From: a virus
Lineage: Duplodnaviria; Caudoviricetes
Length of the DNA stretch: 42,777 nucleotides
Direction: 5' to 3' (one strand)
IMG/VR virus record: IMGVR_UViG_3300025066_000054
Location: 1-42,777 of that record
The position numbers and the translations under genes are program-made. Of the stretch, positions 1 through 8,331 are shown in pieces. The notes beneath the pieces are model-generated. The model did not search any database, was not told the DNA's origin, and was given only the letters and a program-made list of their open reading frames with translations. Numbering within the stretch: the first letter of the stretch is position 1; the number at the start of each line of letters is the position of its first letter.

Positions 1-91
1 CCAAATGGATGGTGCTGACGGCGGTTCAAACATCGGGTTCAGAACCACAAACGCAAATAATGTACCATCATCAGAACGCATGCGCATCGAC
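1..91 (+). repeat. Left shared flank of the tail-fibre cassettes (copy at 41822..41912)
   Basis: 78 nt exact match, one C/T mismatch (79/41900), then 12 more matching nt. Confidence 0.95.
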
Positions 92-2815
92 AGCAGCGGC
101 AATGTTGGGATTGGTACTAGTTCGCCTAGTAATACTTTATCTGTAGAGGGTTCCGGCACTGGATTAAACATTAACAGCACAAACGATGAAGTTAAAAAGA
201 TTGCTTTTGAAAATAGTGGTTCCCTCACTGGTTACATCGGAAGCAGCGCCTCATCACCTTTAAGGTTTTTAAATGGATCAGCCACAGAATACATGCGCAT
301 CGACTCTAATGGACGTGTAGCAATAGGCGGCTCAGGAGCATCAGGAAATAATCTAACACTACACAATGCTTCCGCCGTAGAAATAGATTTAGATTGTAGT
401 GGTGGTAAAAACTTTAGGATTTCCTCTGAAAGCGATAGCGCTTTAAAATTTACAGATAAAGACGCCAACCAAGAACGTATGCGCATCGCCTCTGATGGCT
501 CTGTTGGAATCGGCACAAATTCGCCTAGTAGACAGCTAACAGTAAGCAACAGTGGTGCGGCTTTATTACTTTTGGAAAGCACAGGCAATGATAATGGTCA
601 GTTGTTGTTTGGCGACAGTGCGAGTGATACGGTTGGTAAAGTCGGGTACTCCCATAGCACTAACCATATGTTTTTCACTACTGACGACTCAGAACGCATG
701 CGCATCGATTCCAGCGGCAATGTTGGAATAGGCACAAGCTCACCAACGTACTTAATTGATGCACACGGTGCTGGTACAACAGCTCAAATACGAATGAAAT
801 TTAGTGGCTCTGATGGTAATCGTGCAGGATTTTTATTAGAAAATGGTCACACAGGAGGTCGTTCTTACGGTCTTTTTGCAGGAAACGATTCTACGGGTGC
901 TGGCCTTGGTAATAGCTTTGGCATAATGGACAATACAGCCAATCTTTACAGGATGGTGATAACAGACGATGGCAATGTTGGGTTCGGAACAAGCTCACCT
1001 AACGAAAGACTTACAGTTTATGAGAATGATTCTAGTTATGGCAGCACAGCAATCCATGTTCATAACGATAAGACTGATGACGCAGCAATGCTTATTTTGG
1101 AGGGTAAACGCTCATCTACGAACGATACTGCCCAAATCATTATGGCTAACGATGGGGATAATGTAGCTGGCATTAAAGCGTACTCTGGTGCCGATGAAGG
1201 TGAGCTACGCTTTTACACCAGCCCCGCCGCTTCCGGTGATGTAATCACGGAACGTATGCGCATCGATTCCAGCGGCAATGTGGGAATAGGCTGTTCGCCT
1301 GCTAGAAACTTAGCGGTTAATTCTGGAGGCTCAAGTGGTTATATCCAGCTAGTAAATACTGCCTCAGGCACAGCCGCATCAAGCGGTTTGGAAATTAAAT
1401 TAGATAGTGCTGGCGCAGAAGCAGATATTATTAATAGAGAAAATGGAAGATTAGGATTCTGGACTAACAACATAGAACGCATGCGCATCGACAGTAGCGG
1501 CAATGTTGGGTTCGGCACAAGTAGTCCTAACTCTTACGCAGGTCAAACTGCACTAACGATTAACTCAACAGGCGTTGCTAGGTTAGATTTAGATATTGAC
1601 AATGCTTATCAAGGCTATTTGCTTGCTGAAACTGGATATATAGGACTATACGCCAAAGCAAATAATTATATTAGTATGGGAGTAGATGGTGTAGGCGAAG
1701 CCATGCGGATTTCAAGCAACGGCAATGTTGGAATAGGCTGTTCGCCAACACAAAAGCTGCAAGTTTCTGGTGGTAGTTTTTTACAACAGCAATCAGGGGC
1801 AACAAATAATACAGCACCTACTGCGGTAACAGTCAGCAATTTAACTACAGGCGCACACGCAGCGGGTCTGGGTGCTTCACTATTGTTTACTCATGTAAAC
1901 AGTGGTGGCGGGTATAACGGCCCTAAAATCTCAAGTGTGTCTAACACAGACCCGTTTACAGCAAACTTGGTTTTTTATAGCCACAACTATTCTCACTCAG
2001 AAGCCATGAGGCTGGATGCCAGTGGTAACTTGCTGGTGGGTACTACTACAGCAGTAGGTTTAGGTAACGGTAGTTCAAACGAAGGCATAAGTATTAGTAG
2101 TACTCAATGCCAATTAATTGTTGCAACGTCAGATGATACTTCTCTTTACTTAAACAGACAAACTAGTGACGGTAGCATTCTTGAGTTCCGCAAAGACGGC
2201 TCAAATGTAGGAAGTATTCAATCACGAGCAAGTCTTGTGTCTACCTTTGTTCTTGACCCTCGTTCTGGTGGTGCAGGTATTACTTCAGGGGGGCCAATCC
2301 TATATCCAACAAATGAAAGTGGCTCTTTAACAAATGGAAGCATGGATTTTGGTGCTGCGTCGTACCGTTGGAAAGACCTCCACCTGTCTGGCGGTGTATA
2401 CCTTGGCGGCAATAAGCTGGATGACTATGAGGAGGGGACTTGGACGCCTACGATTAGTTCTGGAACTGTAACATATACCTCTCAAAGAGGAAGATATACT
2501 AAAATAGGACGACAAGTATATATACATGGTTTTATTCAGATTGCGTCAATATCTGGCTCCTCCAGTACTGACATCGTTTCTGGTCTCCCTTTTACAGCAA
2601 AAGCTGACAATAACTATGCAGCGCTCGCTTCAAAAACAAATGGATTTGATTGGGGCGGATCATCAACAATGATAACTTTCCAAGTTGTACCAAACACTAC
2701 AAAATTGGGTGCTGTAGGATCAGGAAATAATCAAGCCTTTCGTGACATAAATAGTTCAGGTTTATCAGCAAACGATTGGATAGCATTTACTGGCAGCTAC
2801 GTTACAGACGCATAA
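5..2815 (+). CDS. Long tail fibre, C-terminal variant A (5'-partial; continues the N-terminal part encoded at 40122..41825)
   Basis: Repeated ERMRIDSSGNVGIG modules and a terminal KLDDYEEGTWTP domain. Bases 1..91 match 41822..41912 (one mismatch) in the same reading frame. Confidence 0.9.
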   Translation: MDGADGGSNIGFRTTNANNVPSSERMRIDSSGNVGIGTSSPSNTLSVEGSGTGLNINSTNDEVKKIAFENSGSLTGYIGSSASSPLRFLNGSATEYMRIDSNGRVAIGGSGASGNNLTLHNASAVEIDLDCSGGKNFRISSESDSALKFTDKDANQERMRIASDGSVGIGTNSPSRQLTVSNSGAALLLLESTGNDNGQLLFGDSASDTVGKVGYSHSTNHMFFTTDDSERMRIDSSGNVGIGTSSPTYLIDAHGAGTTAQIRMKFSGSDGNRAGFLLENGHTGGRSYGLFAGNDSTGAGLGNSFGIMDNTANLYRMVITDDGNVGFGTSSPNERLTVYENDSSYGSTAIHVHNDKTDDAAMLILEGKRSSTNDTAQIIMANDGDNVAGIKAYSGADEGELRFYTSPAASGDVITERMRIDSSGNVGIGCSPARNLAVNSGGSSGYIQLVNTASGTAASSGLEIKLDSAGAEADIINRENGRLGFWTNNIERMRIDSSGNVGFGTSSPNSYAGQTALTINSTGVARLDLDIDNAYQGYLLAETGYIGLYAKANNYISMGVDGVGEAMRISSNGNVGIGCSPTQKLQVSGGSFLQQQSGATNNTAPTAVTVSNLTTGAHAAGLGASLLFTHVNSGGGYNGPKISSVSNTDPFTANLVFYSHNYSHSEAMRLDASGNLLVGTTTAVGLGNGSSNEGISISSTQCQLIVATSDDTSLYLNRQTSDGSILEFRKDGSNVGSIQSRASLVSTFVLDPRSGGAGITSGGPILYPTNESGSLTNGSMDFGAASYRWKDLHLSGGVYLGGNKLDDYEEGTWTPTISSGTVTYTSQRGRYTKIGRQVYIHGFIQIASISGSSSTDIVSGLPFTAKADNNYAALASKTNGFDWGGSSTMITFQVVPNTTKLGAVGSGNNQAFRDINSSGLSANDWIAFTGSYVTDA

Positions 2816-2834
2816 CCATCACAGGAGATAAACG

Positions 2835-3095
2835 ATGGCACTAACAGAAGAAACACTAAACGACAAAATCGAAGTCGTGAACAACGGCACATTTACCACG
2901 GTGCAAGTTCGTACAGCGAACATCATCAAGCGGGATGGCGCAGAGTTAAGCAAGTCATACCACCGCCATGTGGTTATGCCTGATGTTGACCTGACAGCAG
3001 AAGATGCAGATGTGTCTGCGATCTGCACAACCGTATTCACCCAAGCGGTTAAGGATGCTTACGCCGCACACTTAGCAGCACAGGAGAATAACTAA
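2835..3095 (+). CDS. Small tail-fibre-associated protein, probable chaperone specific to variant A
   Basis: AGGAG RBS; follows the fibre directly; absent after variant B, which has its own intramolecular chaperone domain. Confidence 0.6.
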   Translation: MALTEETLNDKIEVVNNGTFTTVQVRTANIIKRDGAELSKSYHRHVVMPDVDLTAEDADVSAICTTVFTQAVKDAYAAHLAAQENN

Positions 3096-3250
3096 TGGCA
3101 ACTTGGAAGATTATACAAATCGAAATACTTAACAGCGAGGAGGATCAAAATCCTGCTGGTTGGGTGTTGAATATTCACTATGACTGCACACAAGATGGTG
3201 GTCGAGTATACGGCTCTTTATCCATGCCTGCGCATGAGGAGGGTGGGGTA
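3082..3250 (+). repeat. Right shared flank of the tail-fibre cassettes (copy at 42609..42777)
   Basis: 169 nt identical except T3202/C42729. Confidence 0.95.
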
Positions 3251-3430
3251 TTCACCGACCTTGCGGCAATGAGTGTAGAGGATCGCATAGCCAAAGCGCT
3301 CGACTGGCTGGCTGAACAGCTAGGTGAGGATGAAGTGGCTAGAATTGAAGCCAGTGTTGCAGCAATGGCCGAGGCAATTCTAAATCCTCGCACAAGCTCT
3401 CTAAAACTGGTCCATGACGCCGCAGCGTAA
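3095..3430 (+). CDS. Hypothetical tail-fibre-associated protein
   Basis: AGGAG RBS; TAATG coupling with the upstream gene; 111 aa. Confidence 0.7.
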   Translation: MATWKIIQIEILNSEEDQNPAGWVLNIHYDCTQDGGRVYGSLSMPAHEEGGVFTDLAAMSVEDRIAKALDWLAEQLGEDEVARIEASVAAMAEAILNPRTSSLKLVHDAAA

Positions 3431-3453
3431 AAATCTAAATAAAGAGGTTCAAA

Positions 3454-3666
3454 ATGGTTAAGAAAAAAACAAACACCATTACGATCAATGATGAAGAATA
3501 CACTGAAGACCAACTGACAGACCAGCAAAAGGTGATGATAAATCATGTTGCTGATCTGGACCGTAAGATTGGCTCTACTCAATTTAATCTTGACCAACTT
3601 CATGTTGGTAAAAAAGCGTTTGTAGACATGCTGACAGCATCACTTGAAACATCACATGATCAATAA
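3454..3666 (+). CDS. Small coiled-coil phage protein
   Basis: AGAGG RBS; 70 aa; a type often found after marine podovirus tail fibres. Confidence 0.7.
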   Translation: MVKKKTNTITINDEEYTEDQLTDQQKVMINHVADLDRKIGSTQFNLDQLHVGKKAFVDMLTASLETSHDQ

Positions 3667-3732
3667 AAATACGGGGCTGGAAAAATGACACAAAATCTTA
3701 ACGGATGGCATTATAATGTAAAGGTATCCTAA

Positions 3733-5238
3733 TTGCTAGGTGCTGCGCCGTTAGGATCGGCCCCCTTAGGCTCCCTTGTTGACGCTCCCGAAGGTTGGAG
3801 AACACTAGAGGACGGAAGCCCCAGAGTAACAGAAGCCAGTGATGGAAGGATCACAGAAGGCTTTACTGTGGAGGATTTAGCCTCAGATATTACTGCGACA
3901 AGTGTAGCAACCTTCCTGGGTTTACGAATAGGAAGAGGAGAAACATCACTTACTGCCATAAGTAGTAAGCTAGACGCCGCAGAGAAAACAGTTTTCGGAG
4001 CCTTTGACTCAGACGTATCAGAGGAACAGAGGGTAACAGAAGACGGTGACTCAAGGGTAACTCAAGCAGGGGATGACAGAGTTACAGAGATTGGAAGCTG
4101 TGCCTTAAGTGGAACAGCCCAAGTAACTCTAGGGGCTTACGTAGACTTTTCTACTCTGAGTAGTCAGACCTCTCAAGCAGGAAGAGTAAACAAATCTGAA
4201 GTATCCTTAGTCGCCTCAGGGAGTTTCTTAGGTGCCTTAAAAGGGATAATAAGAGTAGCTTCGGATGTCACTGCAACTAGTGTTGTATCCTTTACTGGTA
4301 GTGCAGACTACAGCGGAGAGACATCACTTACTGCCTCAGGTAGTCAGCTAGACGCCGCAGAGAAAATAGTTTTCGGAGCCTTTGACTCAGACGTGTCTGA
4401 GGAGCAAAGGGTAACAGAAGACGGTGACTCAAGGGTAACTCAGGCAGGGGACGGTAGGGTTACAGAGATTGGAAGCTGTGCCTTAACTGGCGTGGCCCAA
4501 GTAACTCTAGGGACTTACGTAGACTTTTCTACTCTGAGTAGTCAGACCTCTCAGGCAGGAAAAATAGGCAGGCCTGAAGTATCCTTAGTCGCCTCAGGGA
4601 GTTTCTCAACCTCTATAAAAGAGATAACAAGGGTCGAACTTTCCTTAGGAGTACACCAGGAAAGACGTACTGAGGCAGGTGATAGTAGGGTAACAGAAGC
4701 TGGCGACGGACGAGTTACTGAAGACGTTGGGGCTGATCTTAATGCGACAGCCAATGCGATAAGAAGACCAAGCGGTTCCTTGACAACCTCCGCAGGTATC
4801 GTTTCGGTAGCAGGGCTTGTTGGACAGACTAGCAGTAGCTTATCAGCTTCAACAGGTATTGTCTCCTTAGCTATAAGAGCGCACCTCGCTGTATCTCTTG
4901 TTTCAGGTACCTCCAGCCTGAGCGCAACAGGAAGAAAAACACACACTTGGTTCGGAGTATACGAAGCTGTTGACGAAGAGTACACAAGAGCAACGGAAAA
5001 CGGAGACACTCGACAAACAGAAAGCGGCTCTGATACAAGGTCTATCAGGTTCGTACAAAATAAAGCGGAAGGCAGTATCCTCGGAGACCCGACTAGAATA
5101 CTTTTTTCAGGGGATATGTACGTTAAGGATGACAGTACTTGGAAAGACTCGGAGGTATTCGTAAAATGGCAAGGTACTTGGGGCCGACCAGAAGCAGTCT
5201 ACAAACACACAAACGGAGCATGGAAAAGGGTTTACTAA
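3733..5238 (+). CDS. Tail/virion structural protein with internal duplication
   Basis: TTG start; S/T/G-rich; repeated RVTExGDxRVT motifs; C-terminal aromatic W-K motifs. Confidence 0.65.
   Translation: MLGAAPLGSAPLGSLVDAPEGWRTLEDGSPRVTEASDGRITEGFTVEDLASDITATSVATFLGLRIGRGETSLTAISSKLDAAEKTVFGAFDSDVSEEQRVTEDGDSRVTQAGDDRVTEIGSCALSGTAQVTLGAYVDFSTLSSQTSQAGRVNKSEVSLVASGSFLGALKGIIRVASDVTATSVVSFTGSADYSGETSLTASGSQLDAAEKIVFGAFDSDVSEEQRVTEDGDSRVTQAGDGRVTEIGSCALTGVAQVTLGTYVDFSTLSSQTSQAGKIGRPEVSLVASGSFSTSIKEITRVELSLGVHQERRTEAGDSRVTEAGDGRVTEDVGADLNATANAIRRPSGSLTTSAGIVSVAGLVGQTSSSLSASTGIVSLAIRAHLAVSLVSGTSSLSATGRKTHTWFGVYEAVDEEYTRATENGDTRQTESGSDTRSIRFVQNKAEGSILGDPTRILFSGDMYVKDDSTWKDSEVFVKWQGTWGRPEAVYKHTNGAWKRVY
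3880..4635 (+). repeat. 378-bp tandem duplication (2 copies, in frame, 126 aa)
   Basis: 3937..4228 closely matches 4315..4606 at offset 378. Confidence 0.9.
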
Positions 5239-6072
5239 ATGGCTAATGTAAAAATATCTCAGCTTACCGGAGCAAGCTCCGTAGTTGACGCAAATGAATT
5301 TGAAATTAATGAGGCAGGTACTTCGAAAAAAGTAACTGGGGCACAGATTTCTACCAAAGTTAGGGCAGACATCACGTCTAGTGATGTACAGGGTGCAGGG
5401 GCCTTAATGGACTCTGAGCTTACTGCTTTAGCTGACGTTAAGGCTATAGATCAAGGCGTCAGTACAGGGGATAGTCCACAGTTTACGGGAATAAACGTAG
5501 GACATGCTTCTGATACGACACTTACAAGGGTGTCAGCAGGTAAGTTAGCTGTTGAAGGGGTGGAGATAACCGCCAACTCTACAACCCAAACCCTTACCAA
5601 TAAGACGCTGACGTCACCTACCTTGACCTCCCCTACAGTCAACGTAACTTCGGATGCGACTGGAGACCTATATTACCGTACCGCTGGCGGAGCCTTTGCT
5701 CGCCTGGCCATAGGCTCAACGGACGAGGTACTGACGGTATCCTCAGGTCTTCCTTCATGGGAAGAAGCTAGTTCTGGTTCTAGTAGTCTTGGGGCGGTAG
5801 GGACAACTATGGTTCTGTATCAAAGTACAACAGGGACTTCAAACACTTCGGTTACCGCAGACTCTACTTACGCAGGCAGTGGTCTGGTCTACACGACATC
5901 AAGTAGTCAAAATGGGTTTGCGACTATACAGATGACAGGTACAGCCGCCCCCACAGGAACAGCCGTTTCAGGGACATGGAGGGCACTTCAGTCTGGTCAG
6001 GCTAGGCTCTATACAAGTGGGATAGGCGCAAATACAAAGTACTACCCTGCACTATACGTTAGAACAGTTTAA
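5239..6072 (+). CDS. Short tail fibre / tail spike protein
   Basis: N-terminal KISQLT motif; TQTLTNKTLTSP motif; followed by a chaperone gene. Confidence 0.7.
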   Translation: MANVKISQLTGASSVVDANEFEINEAGTSKKVTGAQISTKVRADITSSDVQGAGALMDSELTALADVKAIDQGVSTGDSPQFTGINVGHASDTTLTRVSAGKLAVEGVEITANSTTQTLTNKTLTSPTLTSPTVNVTSDATGDLYYRTAGGAFARLAIGSTDEVLTVSSGLPSWEEASSGSSSLGAVGTTMVLYQSTTGTSNTSVTADSTYAGSGLVYTTSSSQNGFATIQMTGTAAPTGTAVSGTWRALQSGQARLYTSGIGANTKYYPALYVRTV

Positions 6073-6084
6073 GGAGTTAAGAAA

Positions 6085-6480
6085 ATGGAATATAAAAACC
6101 CAGAGTGGTCTTCCGAGACTACAATAGACTGCGAAGTCAATCACCCTAAATTTGGGTGGGTGCCTTTCACCTGTAACCCAAGTGATGTAGGGGCAGTGTT
6201 TGACGTCAGCAGCTTATTCAACCTAATGAAAGTAGATAAGACTACGGTTAAATTTACGGCCCCGCCTACACCTGATCCAGCCGAGATTCAAGCAGGCGAA
6301 GTCCGTAGAAAGCGTAATGAACTGCTTGTCTCAGAGGTTGACCCTGTTGCTGGTCATGTCCTTAGGTGGAACTCCTTAACGGCAGAGGAACAAGAGGCGT
6401 TGGCCGATTATAGACAAGCCCTACTAGATGTACCACAACAGTCAGGTTTTCCCCAGAGTGTGATTTGGCCTACTTACTAA
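6085..6480 (+). CDS. Tail fibre assembly chaperone
   Basis: VRRKRNELL...YRQALLDVPQQSGFPQSVIWP signature; AAGGAG RBS. Confidence 0.8.
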   Translation: MEYKNPEWSSETTIDCEVNHPKFGWVPFTCNPSDVGAVFDVSSLFNLMKVDKTTVKFTAPPTPDPAEIQAGEVRRKRNELLVSEVDPVAGHVLRWNSLTAEEQEALADYRQALLDVPQQSGFPQSVIWPTY

Positions 6481-6527
6481 TAAGACTAGGGATACTTTAC
6501 TAAAACCCTAGACTTAAGGAGAACACT

Positions 6528-6797
6528 ATGGTAGACAATAGCTGGCACCTGTCAAAGTCTGTGCCTATAACACTGATACTTGCAATACTTATGCAGACTG
6601 TATCTCTCGTGTGGTTCGTCTCCACTTTAAGGAACGACCTAGATAAAGCACAGACCGATATAATTAGACACGACACTAAGATTGAGGGGCTTGGAGAGGT
6701 AGTCCAGGGTCAGGCTATTACAATGGCTAGAATGGACGAGAACATCAAGTCTATCAGAGAGCTTTTAGAGCAGTACCTCAGGAGTATTAGAGACTAA
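6528..6797 (+). CDS. Single-TM plus coiled-coil membrane protein, possible holin
   Basis: N-terminal hydrophobic helix followed by a heptad region; AAGGAG RBS. Confidence 0.5.
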   Translation: MVDNSWHLSKSVPITLILAILMQTVSLVWFVSTLRNDLDKAQTDIIRHDTKIEGLGEVVQGQAITMARMDENIKSIRELLEQYLRSIRD

Positions 6798-6798
6798 T

Positions 6799-8331
6799 AT
6801 GTCTGTGTCAATTTCCGATATTAGACTTGCAGCAGAAAACGACTTAGTTACCTTTATTAAGCTGGTAGCTCCAGAACAGGTGTTAGGGCAGTGTCACGAA
6901 GATGTATGTAGCTGGTGGACTAGGGAAAATTCAAAGACTCATCAACTACTTCTATTCCCAAGAGACCACGGCAAGTCTCGTCTTGTTGCCTTTAGAGTGG
7001 CTTGGGAATTAACCAGAGACCCTACTCTAAGAATATTATACATCTCTGCTACAGCAAACCTTGCAGAGAAGCAGCTAGGTTTCATCAAAGGGATACTTAC
7101 CTCCAAGGCTTACCAGAGATACTGGCCTGATCACGTTAATGCTGAAGAAGGTAAAAGGGCTAGGTGGACTACCTCAGAGATTATGTTAGACCACCCAGAG
7201 CGAAAGAAGGAAAATGTTAGAGACCCGTCTGTGTTTACAGGTGGTTTGACAACATCACTGACTGGCCTGCACTGTGACATAGCTGTTCTGGACGATATTG
7301 TTGTTTACGAGAATGCGTACACAGGTGAGGGCCGAGGGAAGGTTAAGAGTCAATACTCCCTTCTCTCCTCCATTGAAGGGGCAGAGGCAAAGGAATGGGT
7401 GGTAGGCACCAGGTACCATCCAGCAGACCTTTATAATGACCTCCTTCAAATGGTCGAGGACCAGTACGACCACAAAGGCACTAAGGTTGGTGAAGAGAAT
7501 ATTTACGAAGTCTTTGAGAGACCCGTAGAAGAAGACGGTGATGGTACAGGAGAGTTTCTCTGGCCTAGACAACACCGCAAAGATGGTAAGTGGTTTGGCT
7601 TTGATATTAGAGTGCTGGCAAAGAAGCGTGGACAGTACTTGGACAAAGGGCAGTTTAGGGCACAGTACTATAATGACCCCTCTGACCCAGACAATGTTCC
7701 TGTAGGATCAGACAAGTTCCAGTACTATGACCGTAAACACTTAGTATTAGAACAGGGGCACTGGTACTACAAAGAGAATAGGCTGAACGTCTTCGCTGCT
7801 GTTGATTTTGCATTTAGCTTAAATAAAAAGGCAGATTATACAGCTATTGTCGTAATAGGTATTGACAATTCAAATAATGTGTTTATACTTGACATCGACA
7901 GATTCAAAACGGACAGAATTTCTGAGTACTTTGAACATGCCTTGGTCTTAGTAACTAAGTGGGGTTTTAGAAAACTTCGGGCAGAGACTACAGTAGCTCA
8001 GAAAGCTATCGTCAGACAACTGAAAGAGCTAATTAAAGAGCATGGGTTGTCTCTCAGCATTAATGAATATCGTCCTAATAAGGGCAGTAAGGAAGAAAGA
8101 ATTGCTGCTATCCTAGAGCCTAGATATGATAACCTTTCTATCTGGCATTACAGAGGAGGTAATATACAGGTGCTTGAAGAAGAGTTATCAAGTCGTAATC
8201 CTCCGCATGACGATGTAAAAGATGCTTTAGCCGCTGTAGTAGACTTAGCAGTCAAACCATCTAAGGCCTATAGCAAAGGCAAAAGGACTAATATAGTCTG
8301 GGCTAATAACAGATTCAGAGGTACTGGGTAA
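6799..8331 (+). CDS. terL: Terminase large subunit
   Basis: Walker A-like PRDHGKS, Walker B IAVLDD, coupling motif VGTRY, nuclease motifs AVDFA and HDDVKDA. Confidence 0.93.
   Translation: MSVSISDIRLAAENDLVTFIKLVAPEQVLGQCHEDVCSWWTRENSKTHQLLLFPRDHGKSRLVAFRVAWELTRDPTLRILYISATANLAEKQLGFIKGILTSKAYQRYWPDHVNAEEGKRARWTTSEIMLDHPERKKENVRDPSVFTGGLTTSLTGLHCDIAVLDDIVVYENAYTGEGRGKVKSQYSLLSSIEGAEAKEWVVGTRYHPADLYNDLLQMVEDQYDHKGTKVGEENIYEVFERPVEEDGDGTGEFLWPRQHRKDGKWFGFDIRVLAKKRGQYLDKGQFRAQYYNDPSDPDNVPVGSDKFQYYDRKHLVLEQGHWYYKENRLNVFAAVDFAFSLNKKADYTAIVVIGIDNSNNVFILDIDRFKTDRISEYFEHALVLVTKWGFRKLRAETTVAQKAIVRQLKELIKEHGLSLSINEYRPNKGSKEERIAAILEPRYDNLSIWHYRGGNIQVLEEELSSRNPPHDDVKDALAAVVDLAVKPSKAYSKGKRTNIVWANNRFRGTG

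Noticed and set aside
1-3250. Diversity-generating retroelement or invertase shufflon acting on the tail fibre
   Set aside because: No reverse transcriptase or serine/tyrosine recombinase recognised, the repeats are direct, and flank mismatches are C/T rather than adenine-specific.
6486-6511. CTAGGG/CCCTAG hairpin as a terminator
   Set aside because: Only a 6-bp stem with a 14-nt loop and no U tract.
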